The notes beneath the pieces were generated by a model. The model had not been told where the DNA came from. It saw only the letters and a list, made by a program, of their open reading frames with translations, and did not search any database. Shown piece after piece: positions 42,498-53,705 of a stretch of 64,000 bases of DNA. Source of the DNA: Chrysomallon squamiferum (lineage: Eukaryota; Animalia; Mollusca); the NCBI GenBank assembly GCA_012295275.1, contig CM022676.1, positions 62,001 through 126,000 on the forward strand, read 5' to 3'. The position numbers and the translations under genes were made by a program. Numbering within the stretch: the stretch's first letter is position 1; the number at the start of each line of letters is the position of its first letter.

Positions 42498-43203
42498 CTA
42501 AAAGAAAGGATAAAACATTTTATTCTAATGTTCTCAAAATTGAGGGAAATATTGTGTAAAAACAGTCCAGTCATTATTTCGGTATTTTTCTGAAACATGT
42601 TTGTTTGAAAGTTAAAAGGAAAAATTGAATTAAGAAAATATAATAAATAAAACGTTTCTATTATAGTCGGGTAGTTCCTTGTTTATTTGTGTCTATATTT
42701 TTGTCTGCTCTTTTTTTTTTTTTTTTTTGTAATTTTGTTGTTGTTGTTTTTTGTCTTTGTGAGTGTTTGAGAGAGAGTTTGGCACTACGGATAGTTTATT
42801 CTTTTGGTAGCTCAATAAACTCAAACAATCTGTTTCCGAACATAGTCGTAGATTAATTATAATAATGTTCTTTTATTATTATTATTCTTATTATTATTAT
42901 AGTAATAAAAATAATCAGAAAAAAAAACCTACACTATTAAGAAAAAGACGTTTTTTTTTTTCTTTACAGATAAAACAAACTCATATGACTATAAATATTG
43001 GAGAACTTTGTTGATCGGTATAAAATATTTGTGCTGATTCTTACATTGAATAGATATCGGTAATGTAGCTTTAAATTAATTTGCGTTATTAAGTAAGTAT
43101 TGATAAATTTGTAATTGTTTTTTATAATTTTTCATCTCATTAAAATTCTACATACTGATGCAACGAAAATCAAAAACAACTATAAGATTTGTATTTATTG
43201 AAC

Positions 43204-43379
43204 CTTGACAGTGTATCCCAACATCGAAACTGTGACAACAGTAACTGTTTTTCCAACCAGGAAAACTACACTCTTCAACAGATCTTTCGTTTCCTTCACA
43301 CTGTAGATCACCTATCCATACTGGGCCAGAACCTTGTCCAAAGTATGGTGGATAGCGAGTAAAGACGTTTACTCCGTAA
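43204..43379 (-). pseudogene. SRCR domain 4, C-terminal exon (176 nt) with non-canonical acceptor
   Basis: tttcaa|T TAC GGA...; YGVNVFTRYPPYFGQGSGPVWIGDLQCEGNERSVEECSFPGWKNSYCCHSFDVGIHCQ. The expected AG reads AA and the donor G|gttcaa is weak. Confidence 0.82.
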
Positions 43380-43930
43380 TTGAAATATGTATCAAGGAAA
43401 AGAGAGATGTCTTGATTAGTACCTGATCGCTTATTTATAAAAACATTTAATATATTGTAGAACCAGGTATAATCAAATGAGTCATTTGAAGGGAATGATG
43501 AGTTGAGGGATCTATCTTATTCAATTTGTTTACTGGAATGACATGTGTTTATTTTTATAGAATGTGTAAAGAAATATGTTTTCCTGTCTTTCTGACTGTA
43601 AGTTTTGCAGTCTAACATCTTTCCAAGCAGTGGAACGAACAACGGAAACAGTTTCGCCAAACAAACACATGCCGTTTCATTGCTAACTACAAACTATCAT
43701 GAATACAATCCATCAGTATTTTGTTTTTTTACTACAGTAAAAAAGATGTATTCCAGTATATTATACATAAGATACAGAAACAGAAAATTGGTCTGGTTAT
43801 ACTAATATGTCCATGTAACAAACAAAGCTGAATGTGTTAAGACTGAGTTGCTCAAACAAGTAAGTTGCAGAGAAATCTCACAACATATATAGTACTGAAA
43901 GCTTTTATTGAATTATCCTTGAAGATTAAT

Positions 43931-44035
43931 GTACTACTACTACTGTTTCTGATACTACTACTACTACTACTAATAATAATAATAATAATAATAATAATGT
44001 AGTAATATTAGTAGTAGAAGTAAGAGTAGTAGTTA
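43931..44035. repeat. (CTA)n/(TAA)n/(TAG)n compound microsatellite
   Basis: Visible directly in the intron. Confidence 0.85.
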
Positions 44036-44084
44036 GAAATATGGTGGGGAAATAGGGAGTATAACACAAAAGAACTATTTTTAC

Positions 44085-44229
44085 CGACTAAATCCCATCA
44101 TTGAACAGAGAACACCAGCATCTTTTGTGTCAAAACTACTGCTACAGATTGTTCCCCACGTCCCGTTTACTTGAATCTCAACTCGACCTTGTGTTGGTAT
44201 TCCGCTTCCATTCACTAACCGTACTGGTA
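44085..44229 (-). CDS. SRCR domain 4, N-terminal exon (145 nt), downstream of the stop
   Basis: tttcag|TA CCA GTA CGG...; [48 protein letters not shown]; ends CG|gtaaaa. Confidence 0.88.
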
Positions 44230-44408
44230 CTGAAATAATAACATGTTAAATATGATCAGTTATTTAGACAAGAATAATTGTTTAGAAACAAAAACAAATA
44301 AATATATATAAATGTTATCCGAGAGACATCAGTAATTTGAAATAAAAGTTAGCTAAAATGTTGCTTTACCATGCTATTTTTTTACTAATTCTCTCTATCA
44401 CTACTTAC

Positions 44409-44584
44409 AGCGATTCAAACAGCTGATTCCTACGTCTTGATTATGACTACAATTGTTTTCACCCTAAGTAGAGTATGAACAATAGTCTACACTTTCTTCA
44501 TCTCCCTTACAGTCAAGTCCATCAAGCCAAATAGGTCCACTGCCTTGTCCAAACTGAGATGATTTATAGGATTTTGCATTGAAA
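44409..44584 (-). pseudogene. SRCR domain 3, C-terminal exon (176 nt) with premature stop
   Basis: tttcag|T TTC AAT...; FNAKSYKSSQFGQGSGPIWLDGLDCKGDEESVDYCSYST*GENNCSHNQDVGISCLNR. TAG replaces TGG of the WG motif. Ends T|gtaagt. Confidence 0.9.
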
Positions 44585-44589
44585 CTGAA

Positions 44590-44648
<59 letters not shown>

Positions 44649-44675
44649 CAACAACAACAACAACAACAACAACTA
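44590..44675. repeat. (TAA)n(CAA)n microsatellite abutting a splice acceptor
   Basis: Visible directly. It ends a few bases from the AG of exon 44409-44584. Confidence 0.92.
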
Positions 44676-45022
44676 CACTGACTTATTTTGGTTTTTTACA
44701 TGAAAATATTAAAATAATTTAAATAGTGAAGATTTAATACTTTAAACGAGACTAATATTCTTAACTATTTATAATTTTAAAGCATTACTCATAATTACTT
44801 TCCTTCCCAGACATGGTCGCAATCTTATGAAAGATTTCTGAAATTTCAAAATTAGAATAGGTAATATTTTGAGATTTGACTTAATATTTCCGAATTTTAA
44901 ATAACAGTCTACATCTTTCTACATTAGTATCTATAATAACATAAAATGTATCTTGTAGAATATAGTTTTCTGCAGATATATATCAATAGAAAAATTTAGG
45001 AAATGCAATCAAGTTCATTTAC

Positions 45023-45167
45023 CGACTAAAGCCCAGCATGTAACAGATGACAGCAGCATCTCTGTCGTCAAATTCATTATCACAGACAGTTCCCCATGTC
45101 CCGTTGTTTTCTATTTCAAGTCTACCTCTTGTTGTAGTTCGTCCTCCATTGACCAGTTGAACAGAAA
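45023..45167 (-). CDS. SRCR domain 3, N-terminal exon (145 nt)
   Basis: cttcag|TT TCT GTT...; SVQLVNGGRTTTRGRLEIENNGTWGTVCDNEFDDRDAAVICYMLGFSR; ends CG|gtaaat. Confidence 0.92.
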
Positions 45168-45570
45168 CTGAAGTGAGTTCAAGACAGGATTAAAACACAA
45201 ACAATAATTTTTAAATATGTTGATATTACCGTCTGAATTGTCAAAGTTGCATTTTTCCACGTGCACTGGTAATTATAACACACATACATTTATAAATATT
45301 TACATAAATACATACACACAGACACACATATATACATTGATCCATACATACATACATACATACAGACTGTGTATGTATGTGTGTGTGAAAGATTATGTTG
45401 CATTGTTTAATAAAACGTACAATGTTAGAAATAGAGGTGATACTTGTCACACTAAATGTTTCTTTTTTATTTCTTTAGAAACTATTTACTATGACTTTGA
45501 TTTAAGTATACATTAAAATAGGCCAAGATGATTAAAAACTGAACAATCAATATTAACAAAAATAAAATAC

Positions 45571-45746
45571 CCTGCGGTAAACAGCTGATTCCCAAATCCT
45601 GTTTATGACTACAGTTTTTGTTACCCCAGTCAGAGAAAGAGCAGTGATTCACTCCATTTTCATCTTTAACACAGTTAACATCATCAACCCACACTGGTCC
45701 TGTTCCTTCTCCAAACTGAGCATTCTTATACGTCTTTGCGTTGAAT
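45571..45746 (-). CDS. SRCR domain 2, C-terminal exon (176 nt)
   Basis: cctag|A TTC AAC...; FNAKTYKNAQFGEGTGPVWVDDVNCVKDENGVNHCSFSDWGNKNCSHKQDLGISCLPQ; ends G|gtattt. Confidence 0.92.
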
Positions 45747-46069
45747 CTAGGATTTACAAAACAAATTGAGTTGTCTGCTCTTGGTTAGTACAAATATTGT
45801 TTAAGCTGTACTACGGGGTCATTCAGATTTTACTTTATATTCTATGACACAAATAGACGCCTACTAATACTTTATCACTGTTTAAAAAAGATCAGTTGAA
45901 CATTCTTACTGACCGAATGATAAAAGTGATCGTTTTCTTTTATTTTCTTGCATCAAATCTACTTACTGACTGAATCCTAAAAGTGTACAGATACATTCTG
46001 TGACACAGATAAACGCGTGCTAATATTTTATCACTGTTTATAAATTAATCTCTTTAACAAGATTCTTAC

Positions 46070-46214
46070 TGAGTGAATCCTAAAAGTGTACAGATAAAGC
46101 CTGCGTCTTTGTCGTCAAATCTGTCACCACACACAGTTCCCCATGTATCGTTAAGTTTGATCTCAACTCGACCCTGTGTTGGAATACCTCCACCATTGAC
46201 CAGTCTGATAGATA
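46070..46214 (-). CDS. SRCR domain 2, N-terminal exon (145 nt)
   Basis: tttcag|TA TCT ATC AGA...; [47 protein letters not shown]; ends CA|gtaaga. Confidence 0.92.
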
Positions 46215-46573
46215 CTGAAATCATAACATTTTAAGTAAACTTTCGATTTTTCATTCCAAATTGTATATCCTGTATTTAGTAAATGATAATGCTAATGTTT
46301 ATTTAAATTTCACTATAAATAGACATGCAGTGATTGACATATCGTATTGGTCGATATTACCATGTGAAGGAAGGTTGGTGTTTAAGATTATTAAATGAAA
46401 CTGTTATTCATTTATTTTTATTTTACATTTTACATTATTGTCCAGATTTTCTTCCATCTTGTAATATTTATTAATATTTTGGAAAATATATATTTAGTTG
46501 GAATTGTAATACTCAATTTTTTTAGATTATTTCTTCTGAATACTCAGTATAACCAGTTTTGTCCCACAGCGAC

Positions 46574-47194
46574 TGTAACAAAATAGATGTGTTTCTATTT
46601 ATATATCAGTCAACAGGAAAGGTCTGCAGAGTTTCAGGAATGAGTTTCAATGTGTCATTATTATTATTCATGAGGAGAAAGCAGCATGCATAATTTAAAG
46701 CTACACATAGACCATTAAATGTCTGAGAATTATTTATCCTTGCTTAGACGTAAAGTACTTGGGAAATTTCTCTAAGATTCTTGGGTCATTAATATATTGT
46801 GAATACTGTCACTGCTGCTATGTTAAGGAACCGGGGACAGTAATGTTATGTCAGTAGAGGTCAGTGTTGTGAGATGGTATCACTATGACAGCGATGAAAC
46901 AGAGTTCAAGATAGAAGAGAGAAAGACGTTTGGGCCGGTTCTCTGCAATATAACTAGATGCAAGTTGATAAGGATTATACTATAATTTTCTATGATTTTG
47001 TGCAATCAGGCAGAGAAATTAAATATATAATCGACATCGAACTTGTGTAGCTTTTGTGTTATTACTTATGCGTCATTAATATTCTCGTTGGCATTTAATT
47101 CGATTCTTGGTTTCAGTTGGTATTAAACGCAAATAAAGATACATTATAGTTCGTAATGTAACAACATTAAAAATACAAAAGTAATTTTGTGACA
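46574..47194. mobile_element. Candidate ~620-bp non-coding intronic insertion with inverted termini (solo LTR or MITE-like)
   Basis: Starts TGTAACAAAAT and ends ATTTTGTGACA (10/11 inverted match, TG...CA). AATAAA lies about 60 bp before the end and the interior looks GC-richer than the flanks. No target-site duplication seen. Confidence 0.4.
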
Positions 47195-47263
47195 GTTGTT
47201 ATACACATTTTGTCACTGATGAAAAGTATATAAAATAAAATACAATGTTATATGTAAACTGAC

Positions 47264-47433
47264 AGTGACAGGTGATTCCAGCATGCTCTGAGTGACCACA
47301 GTTGTGTTTTCCCCAACCACGAAATGAATACTTTTCAACACTGTCTTCATCTCCATCACAACTCAGATCATCAAGCCATATTTGTCCAGTTCCCTCTCCA
47401 AAGTGAGCACTTTGATAAGGTGTTGCGTTGAAA
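47264..47433 (-). CDS. SRCR domain 1, C-terminal exon (170 nt), conserved Cys replaced by Tyr
   Basis: tttaag|T TTC AAC...; [56 protein letters not shown]; ends T|gtcagt. Confidence 0.9.
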
Positions 47434-47681
47434 CTTAAATAAAAATGATAATCTACAGAGTAAAATGAATATTATATGTTTCGCAAAACATCTTCAACAG
47501 ACCTCCTTTTAGTCCGTAAATTTTGAAAAGAAAGTCCTTACTTCTTTCTAAATGATTTCATCAGTGTGTCACAGAGCGCTGCTTTGATACCAAAACGGTA
47601 ACATCTTCAAGCAAGATCTGATAAATTTTATTGCACCCTCGTCATCATCGTTATTGTTATTATCGACATTATCATTGTCAG

Positions 47682-47700
47682 TTATTATTATTATTATTGC

Positions 47701-47743
<43 letters not shown>

Positions 47744-47745
47744 TT
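47682..47745. repeat. (TTA)n microsatellite
   Basis: Visible directly. Confidence 0.92.
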
Positions 47746-47881
47746 ATATTAAACTCGATTATACATCATCACTAATTTTTATTTTCAATAAAGTATCTAT
47801 AGACATTTTGGTTCAAAGAATTTGGGTAGTAAATAAGTCAGTAAATAGTTAATAAATGAATAATACAAATAAACACATTAC

Positions 47882-48026
47882 CGACTAAATCCTAACATGT
47901 GACATAAAACAGAAGCATCTTTCTCATCAAAATTATCATCACAGATTGTTCCCCACGTCCCGTTTACTTGAATTTCAACTCGACCTTGTGTTGGTATTCC
48001 TTTTCCATTCATTAATCGAACTGGTA
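47882..48026 (-). CDS. SRCR domain 1, N-terminal exon (145 nt)
   Basis: tttcag|TA CCA GTT CGA...; [48 protein letters not shown]; ends CG|gtaatg. Confidence 0.93.
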
Positions 48027-48777
48027 CTGAAATAATAACATGCTTATATATTATCATTGAATTAGAATAGTACAATTTGTTTGGAAATGAAAAGATATTT
48101 AAACATACATATTATAATTTTATTTTGCATTGCGGATATTACGTAATAATAGTAAAGTTATGTAAGGTACTGATGTTGCTATATTTCTTGTGTTGTCAGT
48201 CAGTATTTCTCCTATTAATGCACTGAAACGTGTTAATATGTACAGACACCCGTTCATAAACAAGAGTTATTGAAATAGTAATTCAGACTAATGTGTTTAT
48301 CTCTTTTTTTTTAAATATATTTAATTTTTTCCACAACTGCGAAGTCTCTAATCAGTACCAAGAATCAGTAACCAGAATGCAAAGTAGTGATAAGTTTACT
48401 TTATTTTTGGAAGTAACAATTTGTTTTTACCAGTTAGTAAATACAGCACCTATTTCATAATTATTATGATCAATAAGACTGGATAATTCAAACTTTATAA
48501 CTGCATTAATTAAAAGCTATTATTCACATGTCTGATATTTAAATTTGGCTTGTATGAACACACAATAAAAATCATTTTAACTAAGAATAATCATTAATAT
48601 TATATTTTTAAATTAAATGTTTTGTACTTTAAAATGTGTCTTCACTGATAAGCTATGTGATCTATATATATATATATATATATATATAATCAAAATATAA
48701 TAAAATAAAATACGTATCCATGTATGTACATATGTGTGAATGTGAATAATGTATATAGCAATTATTAAATTAAATTA

Positions 48778-49122
48778 TTAAACTTTTGATGTAACAAAAT
48801 ATAGGGAATGCGCCATTTTAATATTTGGTGTCATTTTGACATTTTTTCGCCTACAAACACCGTTCAGAAATCTGTAACGGGTGAACAATAATAAATTAGT
48901 GTCGTCCATTAAGCCGACCTGAAAACGTTAACTTTTCTCTGCAGGATTTCCAGGTGATATCAAACATTCTGAACGCAGGAAATAACAAAGAAACGTCAAG
49001 GAACATCGCGCTTCTGAATCTGGAAGTATTGTTATCGGGCGAGTAAAACATTTAAATAGAAGACCGGACTGTTCCACAATAATACAAATTACAGATATTA
49101 ATATTATTATGTAAACTGACAT
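48778..49122 (-). pseudogene. Candidate signal-peptide ORF with one internal stop; alternatively 49065-49122 is the signal-peptide exon of the SRCR gene
   Basis: MSVYIIILISVICIIVEQSGLLFKCFTRPITILPDSEARCSLTFLCYFLRSECLISPGNPAEKS*RFQVGLMDDTNLLLFTRYRFLNGVCRRKNVKMTPNIKMAHSLYFVTSKV*. The N-terminus is hydrophobic and a weak phase-1 GT follows codon 19. Confidence 0.3.
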
Positions 49123-51371
49123 CTTTTGTTTTCGCAATTCGTCAGTTTATAACAATCGTTCACAGGAATGGGGGTACTTATATTAAGAGGTGAATAAACT
49201 GCATTAATTAAATAAATACGTTAATCATAATTTTAAAAATCAGATAATTCTAAATATAACTACTGATCTTTTTTATTTTTTATTTTGATTTTTTAAATAA
49301 AGAGCCATGAATTATAATTATCAGAGTGTTTCACTTGTATTTTCTAACGGTGTCTCTTGTCTGTTATATACACGATCACATTATGACATTTCAGTGGTTC
49401 TTAAATAATACTGTTTTGTCATTAAATAACGCTAGAAGAATAAATAAAAAAAAAATAATTAGTTGCAAATAAAAACGTAAACGAAAATAACATTTAGTAT
49501 AATCATTTGTACTCCATAATGATACACAACACAGTTACTTCTCGTTTTTTGTGTGTCTTTTTTTTTTTTTTTTTTTGATGTTGTTTTGGGGTTTTTTTAT
49601 GTTGGTTTTTCAACAGTAAAATGATTTATCTATTGCTTTATCTCTCACTTCACTTTAATAATTACGTTCATTGATGATTACACTTTACTTAAACAACCAC
49701 GTAAACAAGTCTCGCAATTATGCAATACGGATGGCATCTACTGATCGTGAGGAATTGAAACTTTTCATTTGGACTAATTAGTTCGCCAAATATTGTCTGC
49801 TGAATGTTCATACCAATAATGTGTGTAATGTACTTCATATATTAAAATAAAAATTACACACCTTAAACGACTGTAGGTACAACAAGTAAATAAATCCAAC
49901 TATAAGGAGAGAAAGACATTTCTTATTTGAAAACTGACTGAATATATGATTTTCTCTCTGTGAAACGCAAATACTTTAATTTAGATGCTGATTCCTTTCT
50001 TTATGTGCGTAACATGTTGACTGACGCAGTTTAATTGTGTAACGGATAAGCTAACTGAATCCAGTTCTGCACATTGTAGGATTGTTATAGATGTAAAATG
50101 ACAATTCACAAACGGAAAAACAAACAAACATAAGAAACATATTAATTGTATCGATTATTTATGGCAGCCTAAACAAATAATATAATTATTTTCTAACAGC
50201 GCAGCTAACTTAATCCAACTGTCTGTATGATTCCAGATCTAATTGTTTGACAGTTAGAAGCAGATAATAATGGAATATACTTGTGTAACAGATTTTTGAA
50301 GTTCCGTTTATTAATGAATAGAACCACGACTAAAGAGAATGATGAGAATTTTAAATGTTTTATTATTTTCGTGTGGAATTTGGTCCGTTTCGTACTTCCG
50401 ATCATTCTGTAGATGGGAGACAAGGCCAGATTGGGACGTCTTGTAACATTTTAACCTCAAAACAAATCGGAACACAAAACTTAATAGTGGTTTAAAAGAA
50501 ATAATCATTTTTTACGAGCAATTTCAAATGCTTGAAATATACTGATTTTGCTATCGTCTTTTAATTATTAATGGTTAATGACACAGAGAGAAACTGGCCC
50601 AACCTACAGCGGGCTGTGGCAGGTTGGGTCACACTTGGGGGCTGCGATGCAGCTTACAGAAGATGAATACTTTCAAATAAACACAGGACTTGTGATTTAT
50701 TTCAAAATTACTTGAAATGCAATTGATAAACATTAAAATAAAATAAATAAATAAATGAGTAAATAAATAAATAAATAAATAAATCGGTTATAACATGTAA
50801 TGAAGGCAAAACGAAAGTGTTTATTGGCACAAACACGTGTGGAAAGTAACGTGCATTATTCTAAAACACATTTTTTTTTTACTTTTAGTTTTTATTTATT
50901 TATTTTTTATTTTTTTTATTTGTTTGCTCATCTAATGGATTAGTTGGAATAGAAAACAGTTTCATTAAAATAAGAAAGCAAAATGTACAGAAAATAAATG
51001 TAAAATATAATGACGCTACCAAAATTGGGTACATTTTGAGCCAGCTTGAAACAATGTATTATACACAAAATAAATACACTCAAGTACACTTAAATAAGTA
51101 CACAAGCAGAGTGAACAATCATAGCCAGATCTACAGCCTCTAGTATAACAAACGTTGATAATTTCCACCTTATTTTCGGCCTATGTAGTTGGGAATTTCT
51201 TCTGATTTAGATTACCAAGCTGCAAGACCGATTTTCTTAGCCTCCTAGGATCCAATAGGTGACGTTCCTAGTATATATTCGGTTAGTTTTGTGGGAAACA
51301 TTTTAACACTATGAAGTCAGCGGTAAATTTGGTTAATCAAGAAAAAATAAAGTCAAAAATTAAATACAAAT

Positions 51372-51420
51372 AAATAATAATAATAATAATAACAACAATA
51401 ACAACAACAACAACAACAGC

Positions 51421-51468
<48 letters not shown>

Positions 51469-51480
51469 AATAATAATAAT
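51372..51480. repeat. (AAT)n/(AAC)n microsatellite
   Basis: Visible directly. Confidence 0.92.
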
Positions 51481-51919
51481 GAATATAATTTCTACGCGGT
51501 TAATTCTTAGGTAACCTAATATGCCCATGTCTCAACATACCCCTGCGATCTCCCTTATACATATGATATTATAGATTGATGTTAATAACATTGCAGCTTA
51601 GTCTTTTTCTTACTTTATTTGTCAGAACGTTATAATGCTGTTTTCGTTTTGCAGATATTTCCGTGTACATGTAATGGTGTACAAACGATACTCGAATAAC
51701 TAATATATCAAGTCTGTGCTTGTTTGTTATGTAGGTCAGATAAAAATAGTCTGTCACTGCTGCACGAGATACACAAACGTCTATCAGGGTGTTATTTACG
51801 AAGATCTGCAAAATACCTGTTAATACAGTGTCTTTTCATTAGTATAGAAATAGATAGGAAAATATGAAATGATTTATGTTTATCAAAATTCATGAGAGAC
51901 GATAAATAATAGCAACTAT

Positions 51920-52122
51920 TCAATAACAAGAAGAACAACATCAACACCAACAACAACAATAATAATAACAATAACAACAACAACAACACCAACAACAACA
52001 ATAATAATTATAGTAATAATAACAATAGCAGTAATGGTGATGAAAATAATAATAATGATAATACTAATAACAACACTGATGATGATGATGATGATGATGA
52101 TGATAACAGTAATAATAACAAT
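51920..52122. repeat. Degenerate (AAC)/(AAT)/(GAT) trinucleotide tract
   Basis: Visible directly. Confidence 0.88.
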
Positions 52123-52368
52123 GAAGGTTATCAGAACTATTTAGTTCTTTGAAAGTTAAGTTTTTCATCTTCTTCCTCTACTTTAGTTACTATTACATAG
52201 GATTGAACATCGTGTATTGACACACCAGTGAAATACATGATGTATTATCTCAAGTTCAAGCAGGATTTGAGAAGGATTATTGTACAAGTGACCATATTTT
52301 GACACTATACGGATTAACTGAATTGATGAAAGCACGGAAGAATTTTTGTACGTTGATAGGACTTTGCT

Positions 52369-53705
52369 GAAAATTAATTCAAAATGGTAATTTATAATAT
52401 ATATACAAATATTAAGTCTTGTGTCATTGCACATACCTCATTAATAGACTATTTCCCGTGTTGTGTTGGTCTTAGACAAGGTAAAAATGTATCTCTTTTA
52501 CTATTCTCATTGTATCTCAGTGACATAGAAGACTTATTTAAAATGAATGAGTGTCGGAACATAAACATAAACGAATTGTTCAGTGATTCTTTGATACATA
52601 CTTCAGTTGTTACTTTTGTTTTACTTTATGCCAATGACACTGTACGCCTTGTAATTACCAATATATGTAAACATCTCTAAATGTTTTTGATTATAGCTGC
52701 ACTAAATGGAAACTAACAGTAAACTGGAAAATATTGAAAATCTTAATTTTTAATGGCAACCACAAATATTACCAGAAAGTGTTTTATCAAGAAAAATCAA
52801 AGCTTGATAATGTAGAAAGTTAGAAATATTTCGGTATCATGTTTCACTAATCGGATAGATTTACTGAGGAAATATGTTATAATTCACAAGCACAGAAGGC
52901 TACGTATTTCATTTTTCGACAAGAAAGATGTCATAATGTTTCCATCCAGTGTCTACTAAAATTATTTCACCAGTTCTGCTGATTGGTAGCGAAATTTGGG
53001 AATTCGAAAATGTGTCATTACTGAAACAAATATGTAACAGTTCAGGAAATTGTAAGGAAATCTACTCCAATGTACTTATTAAATGGAGAACTTGGACGTT
53101 ATCTAGCATTATATTACATATCAGTATTTACAATATTAGTGCTGTCATCGATAACTCGTCCAAAGCTTTAAATTATAAATTATTAAAAAATACTGTCGCA
53201 TTCGAGACATATTTAAACATTATAGAGAGGAAATATTGGTGCCCATTGTTAAGGTTCAGACTTTCAAATCTTCCTATTGAAACGGAAAGATGGAAAAATC
53301 ACAGCACTAGAAATCAGACTATGCCCATTGTGTAATAACTATGACATCCGAGATGAGTTTGATTATATATTTTTACATGTATGTTTTTAAGAATCGAAGA
53401 AATCGTTACAAACCATTTTTCTGTCAATCTAAACCAAGTATTTATAAGATTTATAAATTATTTAACTCTGAAAAAGCTGGTGTCCTGGAAAGTTGTCTGT
53501 CTTCTATAATCTAATCATGAATCTTTTTTCAAATCCTCTGGCTCTTATATTGATTATTGTGTATATTTTATTATTATGTACATTAGTTTAAATCCGCCAG
53601 CTTGTTGTTTTCTGTAATTGTTACAATTATATTAAATGCTTAGGAATGTATCCTCATATGCTGTAGACTTCGGCCTGAGTGTAAATAAACTTCAGTTCAG
53701 TTCAG
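52369..53705 (+). mobile_element. 5'-truncated, decayed non-LTR retrotransposon (LINE; RT C-terminal half, RTE-X-like by inference)
   Basis: RT motifs GLRQGKNVSLLLFSLYLSDIE (cf. GxRQGxxLSPxLF) and LLYANDTV (cf. LLYADD) are present, as is C-terminal FRLSNLPIETERW...CPLCN...DEF across a frameshift. There are several stops and frameshifts. The 3' end is AATAAAC followed by a (TTCAG)3 tail at 53691-53705. The 5' boundary is approximate. Confidence 0.9.

Larger units (their letters stand above)
41881..48026 (-). pseudogene. Multi-domain group A SRCR (scavenger receptor cysteine-rich, DMBT1-like) gene, 5 domains in 10 exons, probably recently pseudogenised; 3' end not seen before the gap
   Basis: Ten exons translate to SRCR motifs (RLVNG..GRVEI..WGTxC..C / FGxGxGPxWLDDxxC..C..WG..NCxH..DxGIxC) with consistent intron phases 1-2-1. 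Lesions: TAG at 44464-44466, acceptor AA at 43380-43381, C->Y at 47328-47330, and a 27-bp deletion in the last exon. SRCR identity is near certain; pseudogene status is less so. Confidence 0.75.

Noticed and set aside
45482-45570. Hydrophobic tail GILFLLILIVQFLIILAYF as a transmembrane anchor after SRCR domain 2 (also 41792-41880)
   Set aside because: It starts right after a phase-correct GT donor and further SRCR exons follow, so it is most simply intron read-through. An intron-retention membrane isoform cannot be excluded without RNA data.
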